Assembly (NCBI GenBank): GCA_964276515.1
Contig: OZ193909.1
Span: forward strand, 5,642,001 to 5,706,000
DNA length: 64,000 bases
From: Gordius albopunctatus
Taxonomy: Eukaryota
Reading direction: 5' to 3'
This document shows positions 23,601 to 34,752 of this stretch, piece by piece. Position 1 is the first letter of the stretch. Each line of letters starts with the position of its first letter. The position numbers and the translations under genes are program-made. Under the pieces are notes generated by a model, which had not been told where the DNA came from, did no database searches, and saw only the letters and a program-made list of their open reading frames with translations.

Positions 23601-26409
23601 TATTTTCATTTTTCTCCTTATTTAACGCGCAAAAAATGACAAATAACATTTTTTAATTTATTTAGCCACGCAGGAGGAGACGCAAATTAAAAAAATGACT
23701 TTGATTCATGGGCGTACCCAGGGGGGGCAGCCCCCCCCCCCTAATTTAAAAAAAAATAATTTTTCAATACAAAAACCCTTAAAAATATTGTTTTGCCGCC
23801 CCCCCCCTAATTAGCCAGGGAAGGGCAGAAAGGGCGGCTATCCCCTGCGGGTCTCAGGGAAAATTTAGGAATTTAGTAGTCGAAGACCTTTTTTATTTTT
23901 TTTCTCTCAGGAAAATTTTTGGAAAGTCGAGAAAAAATTTTTTTTTAATCTGCCCCCCCCCCTAATTGTAACCCTGCGTACGCCCATGCTTTGATTTAAT
24001 GCTTCAAATCGTAAAAAGTTTCCATTTTCCGCAGCACATGCCTACATTTATCACACGACACTACCTACACGCATGCACACACATAGTTTCATTTAGATAG
24101 GCAGTACGTCATGAGGTTGCGTTTGATTGACGGTTTATTAAACGGCAAAACATATAAAAGAAACTAACTCATAAACTACTGGACCGATTTGGCTCCAACA
24201 TATCTTAAAACTGTAAAATTTTGAGCCAAATCGGTCTGGTAGTTTTCCAAAATTTGTGGCGGCATACATACATTTACATAGATACACACATACATAGTTT
24301 CATTTTTATATATAAGATAAAAAATTAAACTTTCAGCGTATATTATTAAAAATTAATTTAGGTGTAATGGACTCAAAAATTTAAAAAAAAATTGAAAAAG
24401 GCAAGTTGGGCAGATTTCACTTTAATCATAATTTCAATGACAACGAGAGTTTGATAAGTAAATTGTAAAAAAACCAACTTAATTCAAATCTATAAAAAAA
24501 TTTAAGTTTTAAAATTTTAGACATTGAGATAAAACAATAACGCTTTGAAATTTTTAAAAATACAGAAACTATGAAGATTTTTAATTTTTGAAAGCTATAG
24601 CACATTTGGACGCGGTCAAAAGTCAAAGATTGGTCTTGGGCAACATCGAGTCATAACACAAAATTCAATATATTTTTTATTTTTTTGTTGATTGGTCATC
24701 TTATTTTGGCTAAAGTGGTATAAAATGGTAAAATAGTCATTGCTGACCCCTCCAACTCTTTTAAAATTTATGATAAGTGCTCTTGACAACCTATAAAACA
24801 ATTTTAATGAAAACGCAATTGATATTCAATTTTTTAAACCTGGGATATATGTTGTAGATAGGGCCAATCTTTTGGTTCATGGTTGAATTTAAAAAATTAT
24901 AGTGCAAAACAATGATGGAAATGATAAATCCTAACATAACTTGGCTTTATCCTCAATTTTTTTAATCTTAATTAAAATTGGTAATTGACATTAATATATT
25001 TTTTGATAACATACCAATCTGATCTTTACCAAATGGCTCTTCAATTTCTTTCAAATGTGCGAGCAATCTAATATCAGTGCACATCTAAAAAAATACGATT
25101 AACATTTGATATTTTAACATATATTAATTGTAAGATAAAATTCCAAGATGATTTGTAAACCTGAATTTAGTATAGAAAACACTTAAAAATGATGTAGTGC
25201 GTAAATTTAAAAATTGTATAATTCTAAAAAAAGCAATAGTTCATATATAAATTTTTTAAGGCTAACAAAAAAAGAATGCTAAATATAATTAATTTGACAA
25301 GCTTAACACAATATAAAAAAATTTAATTTACCTTATGCATAGTTAGACCAAAACTTGCTAACACTGATAAACATTCGTAATCAAGTTTGCGAGAATATGT
25401 TTGACCCGATATTAAAGAATAACTAAAAGTGTTTAACTAGTAAAAATAAAATTTTCTACCTTTCAAAACCACTTTCTCTAGTAACCATTTCTTCTAACAA
25501 TTCAACCTATATTAAGTTACAAAAAACCATATATTAAGTTATTAAAAAACTTATTATACTTTTTGCACATCTCCATCAAAAAGGTGTAAAAAACTAGCTT
25601 GTGTACCAGTAGTTCCCTTAATACCCCTGAACCTTATAGAATTCTTGAATCTAAGGAAATTAGTAAAATCTTGGCATAGATCATTTAGCCAAAGACAAGC
25701 TCTCTTGCCTACTGTTGTAAGTTGGGCAGGCCTGGTAATTAAAATAATAATAGATTATTCAAATAAACATTTCATGTTTTTTATTTTATGCTAAGAAATA
25801 TAATTATGGTTATATGTGTACTGCATATGAGTAAATCCTAATGTTGGCTGATTCTTCCATTGATGGGCAAATTTGGCTAAATTATAAATGCATGACCCTA
25901 GCTACTCAAATAAAATAAAGATTTATTCTAAAATATACCTTTGGAATTAACAGCTCAAAAGCTTCTTTCATAATAATTAAATCCTTAAATCATAATTCAA
26001 ATTTCAGTTATATTTGTATACTGTATTATCTCCAACATAACATGATGTTGCACCCAGATGAATGATAGGTGCTGCCAATGGACATTGTTCACCAAATACA
26101 TGAACATGCGCCATGACATCATGTTTTGTCTTAATTTCCTTCTCGTGAGCTAGAGCAAAATCTATAACATTCATATTTAATTCCAACTCCTTAATTTGAT
26201 CAGCAGTTATATTTAAACCAAGCTCCTAGAATTTAATTAAACAATTGTATGATTTATTTAACTTTTTCGCATCTGGCTAAAATAATCCACAATCTTCTCC
26301 AGGTTAAAATTTTTTTGTAGTCACTAAATAAATATAGCATATCTTTACTGGCATAACGAGTGCCAAATGGACTTTTATATGTGAATTCTTCCTGTTGATC
26401 CTTTGTCAT
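20628..26409 (-). CDS. ADSL: Adenylosuccinate lyase, 12 exons, 489 aa
   Basis: Exons (minus): 26409-26263, 26225-26022, 25983-25939, 25901-25822, 25731-25560, 25506-25460, 25422-25332, 25084-25015, 23201-22963, 22611-22522, 21837-21661, 20735-20628. All introns GT-AG, total 1470 nt open. Motifs [93 protein letters not shown]. Confidence 0.97.
21843..22157. mobile_element. MITE with ~55-bp TIRs in ADSL intron 10
   Basis: AATGTTCTTCATAGATACATTTTCGGGAATTGTCGAGGGTGTTAAAAAATT on the left and its near-perfect reverse complement ending at 22157. Confidence 0.8.
23271..24317 (-). mobile_element. Non-autonomous Helitron (family H2, copy b) in ADSL intron 8
   Basis: CTAG at 23271, same hairpin, 5' TCTTATATATAAAAATG at 24317, A/T flanks. 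Confidence 0.88.
23707..23988. mobile_element. hAT MITE (CATGGGCGTA-TIR family) inside Helitron H2b
   Basis: TIRs CATGGGCGTAC / GTACGCCCATG; perfect 8-bp TSD CTTTGATT. Confidence 0.88.
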
Positions 26410-27184
26410 AATTAAAATCACCAAAATTTAAATTTAAAACTAATGGCTTAAAAAACTTCGTCAACCTGATACTTTTAAGCGTGATTTTTGATTTCTTCAA
26501 AATCTTTTTCAGGGATATTCAAGGTCTTGAGGGTTAGAGAATATATAAATCATGTCAATAATAATACAATCTTTTTAAAATAATGTTGGCGTCCTAGAAA
26601 GATTTATATAGGTTTTTTATTGAACGCCAAAACGGATTCTTAATAATATACTTTTTAAACGCGATAACTTCTCACTCCTAGATAATAAGATTTGATGCAG
26701 AATGAGCTTGTTGATTACTCTATAAAAAAATATTACTTGAGCTTTACGTAATATATATACTTTTATCCATATGTTGGTACATTGCCTGAATATAGTCAAG
26801 CTCAGAAATAAATACTACTAAGATACACCTTATCTTATTATTTCCCAACTTTATTCTTTTATTCCTGGTCTTTGCCAATTTTAGTTATATTCTATTCTAT
26901 TATCTGCATATTTTTTAGAAATTTGCCAGGCCTGAACCTAATATTTCGGTGAATGCAGACCCTTATATGTGACTATATGCGTGTATTACAAAAACATTAG
27001 TAAATACGTGATAGTTGTTGATTAACCTTTGCCTAGAATTGAGATTGTAACGATTGTGTTATGTAACAAAAATGTATGATGTAACATGTGTTTTTTGTAA
27101 CGAAATGTAATTTTGTGGTTATGAAATTTCCTGTCATCGAATCGCGTATTTTCAAATTCGAATAAACTATCATATCGCTATATC

Positions 27185-27199
27185 TGGCGACGAGGATGG
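27185..27199 (+). other. Primer binding site complementary to the tRNA-Ser(GCU) 3' end
   Basis: TGGCGACGAGGATGG 2 nt after the LTR is the reverse complement of CCATCCTCGTCG-CCA (tRNA-Ser GCU end, from recall). Confidence 0.75.
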
Positions 27200-28095
27200 A
27201 ATCTACAATAAAGACAGAAAATTCTATGAAGAAACAAGTGGATATTTCAAAAATTATACTCCTACCTTATTCCACGGATATTCCAATAGAAGAATACTTA
27301 GAAAATATGGAATATATTCTAATAGCCAAAGGAATATGCGCAACGGGAGATGCATTGAAGCAGATCTACAAAAAATTATTCCTCGCGTATTTTGGAATTC
27401 AGAATGTGATCCAAGTAAAAAATTACTTATTTCCCCGAAAAATCGAAAACGTGGATTGGGAGAAGATTATCGAAACATGTAAGACCATATTTAAACCTAG
27501 ATCTAGTACGATGGCTTCACGATTAGAGTTTATTCGCCTTATGAGGTCAGAAGGCGAGTCGCTGTTAGGATTTACGAAACAATTGAAGGAAACGGCACAA
27601 GCGGCAGTGTTTAATAATGATGTTGAAGAGCGCCTTCGGGACCAATTCGTAGCAGGAATTCGATTCCCGAAGTTGGAGGTCGAAATTCGGAGTAAATATC
27701 CTAGGATGCTTGACGAAACAGGTAAAAGCTTAACTTTTGATAAAATTTTGGATATGGCTTTAGCATGGGAGACGGCAGAGAACGAGGTTAATTCCTTGAA
27801 TATAAATCGAATAAGGAATAACCGTAATGGTGCAGGTGTTAGTAAGGGCCAGACCGATTCCAACCGTACCGCCTCTAAATGTTTTCGTTGTGGTCGGTCA
27901 CACACTCGGAATCATTGCGCGGCAGCTACAGCAAAGTGTTATAATTGCACTAAGATGGAGCACTTTTCGCGAGCATGCAAGAATAAGAGGGTCAACCAAG
28001 TTTTTGATGATTGTGAGGAAGAGGTTGGCGAAACTACTTCTATCAATTCAATTAAAAAAATTACCGTAATAGAGCAACGATTGCTGCCACGTTAA
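27196..28095 (+). CDS. Gypsy gag with two zinc knuckles
   Basis: RLRDQFVAGI; CFRCGRSHTRNHC and CYNCTKMEHFSRAC. Confidence 0.88.
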   Translation: MESTIKTENSMKKQVDISKIILLPYSTDIPIEEYLENMEYILIAKGICATGDALKQIYKKLFLAYFGIQNVIQVKNYLFPRKIENVDWEKIIETCKTIFKPRSSTMASRLEFIRLMRSEGESLLGFTKQLKETAQAAVFNNDVEERLRDQFVAGIRFPKLEVEIRSKYPRMLDETGKSLTFDKILDMALAWETAENEVNSLNINRIRNNRNGAGVSKGQTDSNRTASKCFRCGRSHTRNHCAAATAKCYNCTKMEHFSRACKNKRVNQVFDDCEEEVGETTSINSIKKITVIEQRLLPR

Positions 28096-28099
28096 ATTA

Positions 28100-31000
28100 T
28101 GTGCCATTCCGTTTTGAATATGACACCGGCGCTCAGGTGTCGGTAATAAATGAGGAAATTTGGAATCACATAGGAAAACCTAAATAAAGGCCAACGCATA
28201 ATTTTACGGGGTATGGCCATCAAAAATTAGATGTAATCGGCGAAACAAGCGTTAAAGTGGGGCTAGGCAATAAGAGCAAATTACTACCTGTCGTCGTGAC
28301 AAAAACATCTGATACACCCTTATTTGGCTTGCCTTGGATATTAAATTTTGGATTGTACATCCCGAAATGTGTCAAAATTTCTAAGGTTCAACAATCAGTA
28401 ACTATTTTAAATCAAAACTCGAGTACCAAAATTGATAATCTAATAAAGAAATTTGCCGGAATTTTCGATGATCGACCGGGAGTCATAAATAGTTGTTCAG
28501 TTCGTATAAACGTTGAATCTTCAGCTAGTGGGAAAGTTCTGCCGGCCCGTCGGGTGCCCTTTCCATTACGGGGCCCGATAGAAAAGGAATTATATAGACT
28601 CTTGGCGGCGGATATAATCGAAAAGGTCGAACCTTCTAATTGTCGGGTTGAATGGGCGACACCAACGGTATACGTTAGGAAAAATAATGGGGATATTCGT
28701 ATTTGTGGGGATTTCAGGGTCACATTGAACCCTTTTCTTCTTAAGGACCACCACATCTTACCCACATTTGATGATATTGTGGCAAAAATATCCGGGGAAA
28801 AAAGTTTACGACGATCGACCTAAAGGATGCATACCTACAAATGAGGGTGGATGAGCAATCCCAAAATTTTCTAATCATCAATACACATGTGGGCTATTAT
28901 CGCTACAAACGGTTGCCGTTTGGACTCGCCTCAGCACCAATACTATTCCAGAGATATATGGACGACTTGCTGAAGGATTGCAAAAAGACGGGAGTATACC
29001 TAGATGATGTGATAGTGACGGGTGAGAACGATGAGGAGCATTTCCGCAATTTAACAGTGGTATTATCGAGACTGAATAATGCCGGATTAAAAGCAAAGTT
29101 GGCGAAAGTTAAATTCTTAGAAGAGTCTGTGACTTTTTTGGGATTTCGTATAGACAAATTTGGCATACACCCAATGCCGGAGAAAATTCGAGCAATACGA
29201 GAGGCACCGATTCCGCAAAACGTACAGCAATTAAGTGCCTTTTTGGGCCTGATAAATTACTATGAGAAGTTTATTCCCCATCTTCAGAGTATATGCGCTC
29301 CGCTACATCGATTGACAAGTTCAAAATGTAAGTGGACTTGGACACCAATAGAAGACGCTGTCTATAAAAAAGTTAAGACAATCTTAACTCATAAAGACAC
29401 TGTTATTCCCTATTCAATGGATTTACCTGTAATCTTTGATTGCGACGCTTCAAATGATGGATTCGGAGCCGTTTTTAATGCACCAACTTTCCAACGGGTT
29501 GGAAAAACCGATTGCTTACGCGTCAAGGACTCTTTCAAAATCAGAAAAAAAACTATGCCTCGATTGACAAAGAAGCGAGGGCATTGTTGTTTGGCTGTGA
29601 AAAATTCCACGCCTATATATTTGGAAGGAAGTTTACCTTGCGTACAGACCACAAACCTTTGGAGCGACTGTTTGGCGGATATCAGGATATCTCCAAAATT
29701 GGCAACAATCGATTAATAAGGTGGTCGTGGAAGTTGTCTGCCTATGATTATAGTTTAGAATATGGACCTGGGAAAGAAAATTGCGTTGCAGATGCCTTGT
29801 CGCGACTACCCTTATAGGAAATTAACGAGGGGCTATCGGAAGATGAAAAAAATTTTACCTGCCTAAAGTCAATTACGCTAGAAGACTTACAGGTGTCGGA
29901 AAAAACAATCGCGAAGGAAACTCTTGGTGATAGCACGCTCAAGAAAGTCTTAATATATATAGATCAAAGTTGGAATGTAAACAAAAATGCCGTCGGCGAA
30001 GATGTATTACCGTATTTCAATAGGAAAAGTGAATTATGTTCGGATAAGGTTATCATACAATGGAACGGTCGAATAGTCATACCAAAGACACTACGTAAAT
30101 CGTTATTAAATATTTTGCATAGAGGACACCCTGGGATTCACGCAATGAAATCTATTAGTAGATATTATGTTTACTGGCCAGGTTTGGACGTAGACATTAG
30201 TAAATTTATTGCGAATTGTGGTAATTGTCATAGGAACCGCATAAATATTCCTGAAGTTCCATTATATTCGTGGAACGTAACGAACACGCCTTGGGAACGA
30301 TTACATATAGATCTAGCAGGACCGATGGACTCCTACTACTGGTTTGTCGGTATTGACTCTTATTCAAAGTGGATTGAAGTGGAACTCCTTAGGAAAACAT
30401 ATTCTAAAATATTGATAAAAAAACTAATAGGATGGTTTGCTCGATTTGGTGTTCCACGTCAAATAGTCAGCGATAATGGACCTCAGTTTACTTCCGTGGA
30501 GTTTAGGCAATTCTGCAAGAATTATAATATAGTGCATATTCTGACCTCTCCGTACCATACCAAGACGAATGGTTGTGCAGAGAGATGTATTAGAACACTA
30601 AAAAGCCGTTACTTGGCCACCAGAGAAGACATCAACGATCCGGAGGAGTGTATGAATGAAATTTTATCAACATACAGGGTTTGTGAATTTTCGGACGGAG
30701 GAATCGGACAATGCTTGATTGGTCCAGACCAAGTCCCCAAACCATTATGGAACACAAAATTAAAAAACAAGCCTTTCACCACGATATGACGACACGTCCA
30801 CGAAACTTTGAAATAAATGAATTAGTCTGGGTAAAAAATGAATTGGCACCAGGATGGCGGGAAGGAAAAGTACTCGCTAGGAATGGGTTACTGTCCTATA
30901 GCGTTGAAAGTAACAATAAAGTCGTGCGCAAACATGCGGATCAATTGAGAAAAAGAGAAGAGGAGGTAGTTAAAGAGAAAAATTCGGCTTGCCAGGTTGT

Positions 31001-31214
31001 AAATGATGCATCATTTGAAGAGGAGGAGGGAGTTTATGATCAAGAGATATCAAGACCAGATGATCAAGAGATATCAATACCAGAACATGGAGAGTCAATA
31101 CGGGAAGAACTATTGCCGGTAGATATTAACATACCGGAAGATAAAGATGATGGAAACTTAAGAAGAGGAAATAGACCAAGGAAGCCACCGCGGAGATTAA
31201 TTGAAGAGATTTAA
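28100..31214 (+). pseudogene. Gypsy pol (protease, RT, RNase H, integrase), disrupted
   Basis: FEYDTGAQVS (~28113), RICGDFR, LPFGLASAP, YLDD, CDAS, TDHKPL, HRGHPG..CGNC, HIDLAGP, SDNGPQF, NGCAER spread over several frames. Confidence 0.93.
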
Positions 31215-31559
31215 AGCTGGTGAAACGGGGAGAGATGTAACGATTGTGTTATGTAACAAAAATGTATGATGTAACAATTTTGTGGTTATGAAATTTCCTG
31301 TCATCGAATCGCGTATTTTCAAATTAGAATAAACTATCATATCGCTATAGAGATGGTACAAGTTAATTAAAAATTTATATATTTTTATAAATTGTATTTT
31401 CAAATGTCACCTAAATAATTTATAAATTTTTAACAATAAATACCAGCATAGGTTTGTTTGCTTTTAAGTGTCCTACAGTCATTGATTTGTTTTGATCAAT
31501 TTTTTTCATCTTGATTGAGTAAGAGGCATGTCCGGATTTATCATTTTAGTTATCATAAC

Positions 31560-31850
31560 TTAGTCAACTTGCATTTTTTAACACGCGATCGTCCTCTCCT
31601 TCCCCGGCACCTACATCTTAAATACTATTCGATTTACATCATTCGCATTCCTTCTTAGTTTATGACTATACCATCTAAGGCGATTTTCTTTCTCGTGTCC
31701 GCCATAAGTTGGATACACATTTTGCCTTAAGGCACTCATTTGTCATATGTTGGTCGGCATTAAATTATTTAGCGCAACCTCTCATTTGTTGCAGCATTGA
31801 GCTGGTCTAATTTTGGGTATTTTAATTGGTCATTAAGCGCGAGGATGCCT
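31560..31850 (-). mobile_element. RTE-like LINE 3' relic
   Basis: Minus-strand translation ENRLRWYSH..RR followed by a degenerate VPG.R.RGR motif. Confidence 0.55.
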
Positions 31851-32310
31851 ATAGTGAAGTGGCAAACCAAACAAACGAATTTTATTTCAAGAACCGCGAG
31901 TAATTATAAGCAGACGATAAAATGCTACGCAGAAGATAAATTCATATATTTTTAAAATAGGTATATATGTTACAAATAAGTCAAATAACGAAGTGTATAT
32001 TCAAATAACTAATAACTGTTACTACATTTATCTTTTCTTTAAGCGGAACTCTCGGTGTATTACAGGTAGTACGGGTACTCTTTTGTAGGTGGGTATGTTG
32101 ACTTCAGAGATAGCTGCCGGATCGGATCTTTTATTTGGTCTCATTTGATCTGGGTGTCTTTGTTGTATTCTGTTTTCGAGTTGCACATCGAATGTAAGGT
32201 AACTGTTTTTTGTAAGAATTCATATATGAGTATTAGGAATAATGAAGAGGTGTATGAAGGTACGTGGATGCGTAAAATACCAAATAGCATCGAGAAACCT
32301 GGGGTTTCCA

Positions 32311-32317
32311 TTATATA
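32311..32317 (-). promoter_or_regulatory. Candidate TATA box of the nested retroelement
   Basis: TATATAA begins 29 nt upstream of the first base (32288) of the terminal repeat. Confidence 0.5.
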
Positions 32318-32343
32318 CACGTGCAACGGAGTGCACACGGGGG

Positions 32344-34280
32344 TTAGTTTTGTTCTTCCACTTCATTGACGTGAATTTTGCCACCTGGCCAGGTGGACCA
32401 GTCAAAGAGCTCCTCTTCCTCCTCGAAGACGTCAGGGATCGTGTCGCTCTCTGGTGGCTCCCCTTAGACGATGGACGGGACCGTGTATTTTTCCGGTGGC
32501 AACCATGTTCGTGACGGGTAGTCCGCCGGGTTTTCGTCCGTCGGAATCCATTGGATATTGTATCGAATGGCTAGGAAAGAGTTAAGGCCATACTCTTTAA
32601 CGAATCGGGAGATGAGTTCTTCAATTATCGGGGAGTTCGATCCCCCTTTCATCAGGACGTAGTAAGCCGTGTTTGAGTCCGTGCGGATCCGGGGGAACGG
32701 TTTTCCCTTGTATTTGGCCACCAAGTGTTTCGTACAGCGTGATGTGCGGATTTTCGGGGAGTGTGAAGTTGAAGGCACCGGCCGCGTCGATAAACGAGAT
32801 TGAGAAGTGCCGGTCGTCCCATGACACTCCAATGTGTTTGCTAGAGGCGTGGGTGTACATCACCAAGTCCGGGGGGTTGTATAACGGGATACGTTGCTTA
32901 AGCGAACGGGTAATTGCGAATAGCTTAAAGCAGGTGTAGTTTATGTTAAAAAGACGTGAACGGTCCGATAGGTAAGCGTAAAAAGGGACCAGGAGTTATA
33001 CAAGAAATAGTTCAAAACTCCTAAAACCTCTAAGAGTATTAGGATTGGAGGGGGGGTGTTGGAAGTAAACGCGAAAAAAAGTATATCAGAAGCGTATTCT
33101 AAACAAGTTACGACCTTGTCCGAACAGCGGATGGAGTGGTCCAGGAATGATATGTTTATTGCTACGTATTCCACCTCCTGTTCCGGGAGGATCGACGATT
33201 TCCTTGCGTTAATCGTCAGGCCCCATTCTGCCGCCAGGGAGAAGATTGACTCCAGGTCCTCCTGCACGTCTGTATACGAATCTCCGTAGATGAGAATGTC
33301 ATCCAGGTAGACGTTGTATTTGCAGCGCGATATCGCTTTGGTTGCCAAGTCCGAGACGATCATTTGTAGAACGTTGGGGGAAAACGATGCGCCCATCGGG
33401 AGCACTTTGTACCTGTACTTTCTTCTCCCGAAGGTGTATGCTGCGTATTTACGGGCTGAGGTGTTGAGGGGAATGATGAAGAAAGTCGCCTTGAGGTCGA
33501 CTTTTGCGGCGTAGCATGATCTGCTCAGCTGGCAAGAGGTGAGGGAAATGGTAGCCAGTTTGACCGGATAATGTATAAAGTTCTTTGACACCTGTGAGGT
33601 CGGTGATTACCCTCGCGTCTCCGTTCGACTTGGGAATATGTCGGTGAGCTCCACCACCTGTGTGTTCACCATTGTCTGAAAATATTCTGGTTTCCCCCGA
33701 GAAATGGCCTTTCGGCGGGAGGTCAGGAAGATTCCGTTGTGGGCTCAAATTTTTGGCATGTCTAGTTTCCGCATGAATACGTTTCGGGCCACATTTCTTG
33801 TAAATGGGGATTGGGATGGATGGGGGCATAGCCTAGAAGTGGCTATGTCTAATGGCCCCATGGGATGGGAACGGGATGATGCCTTATTCCAGCGGAATAT
33901 GAATTTGAGACCATATATGGGGAGCATTTCAGATCCCAAATCCCGGACGAAGGCGGCCTTTACTTGCTGTATGCGCTGCTCGAATGATGGGGCGGGGAAA
34001 AAGATTTCCGAATAATTTGGGGATGGTATTTGGATCTTTCCCGTCGCCTCCGACGGGAGTTCGGAGGGAGAGAATATCCAGCGGCGCGTCTCTGAATTTG
34101 AAATATTAGTTGGGCTAGCCAGCGGGGAGACCTGGATGCACCTGCTTCATTGGGAAGCGGTAAGCCCGAGGGCCCGACTTCCCACGATACGACCAAGGTT
34201 TTAAGCCTGCGCCTTACCCCTGGCAGAGGCCGGCGCCTTTTTGATGTGGCGGCCCTTTGGGAGGTCTCTGCCTCTGCCAC
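32344..34280 (-). pseudogene. DIRS-type RT-RNase H pol, frameshifted
   Basis: IPKSNGDARVITDL, KVDLKATFFIIPL, LPMGASFSP, VYLDDILI, GLTINARKSSILPEQEVEY; RNase H YT(H)AS, HITLYE, IRTDSNTA, WIPTDENPADYPSR; acidic tail continues in frame past the stop at 32464 to TAA at 32344. Confidence 0.88.
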
Positions 34281-34752
34281 CGATAGGAAATAACTGTTTC
34301 CTGGGTTGTACTACCTGGAGGTCGGGAATATTCCAGTCCTCCACGAACGACTTGTCGTTCCGTACAGCTGTTGCCCAGTTGAACTTAATTGCCGTTGGCA
34401 GTGTGGTGAGGCGAGCGGCTGTTTTCTTTAGCAATATGTCCGGGGATTCTTCTGAAAGGGTTTCGGACACCAAGAAGATGTACTGGGCCTCTTTTCGGTC
34501 CCGTTGGGACACTGTAGTTGGGAACGTTGCCATCAGCTCTTTTAGCTTGCTTACCTTGTCGTCGATTTCGCTCACTCTCTTCGTAGGAGTCTTTGGCGTG
34601 GCTTCCGGCTGGACTATATTGATAGCCGGTGGCGGAGCGACTCTTTGGACTGCAAGCTGTTGAATCAGCTGTGTGATAGTCTGCTGGGACTGAGCGAATA
34701 GGGTCTGTGCCCTTCTATTCTGTTCCGTTAGGACGCGAAGTACCTCTGCCAT
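34201..34752 (-). CDS. Putative gag/capsid-like protein of the nested retroelement (183 aa)
   Basis: Intact ORF upstream of and overlapping pol; coiled-coil-like N-terminus and basic C-terminus; family not recognised. Confidence 0.6.
   Translation of the reverse strand: MAEVLRVLTEQNRRAQTLFAQSQQTITQLIQQLAVQRVAPPPAINIVQPEATPKTPTKRVSEIDDKVSKLKELMATFPTTVSQRDRKEAQYIFLVSETLSEESPDILLKKTAARLTTLPTAIKFNWATAVRNDKSFVEDWNIPDLQVVQPRKQLFPIGGRGRDLPKGRHIKKAPASARGKAQA

Larger units (their letters stand above)
27046..31349 (+). mobile_element. Full-length but decayed Ty3/Gypsy (Mag-like) LTR retrotransposon
   Basis: LTRs 27046-27182 and 31236-31349; 5-bp TSD GAGAT; PBS at 27185; PPT 31223-31235; domain order gag-PR-RT-RH-IN. 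Confidence 0.96.

Noticed and set aside
33704..34015. Plus-strand ORF with GHSLEV as a possible tyrosine recombinase
   Set aside because: Lacks the HxxR arginine and the downstream W/Y spacing; it is antisense to pol.
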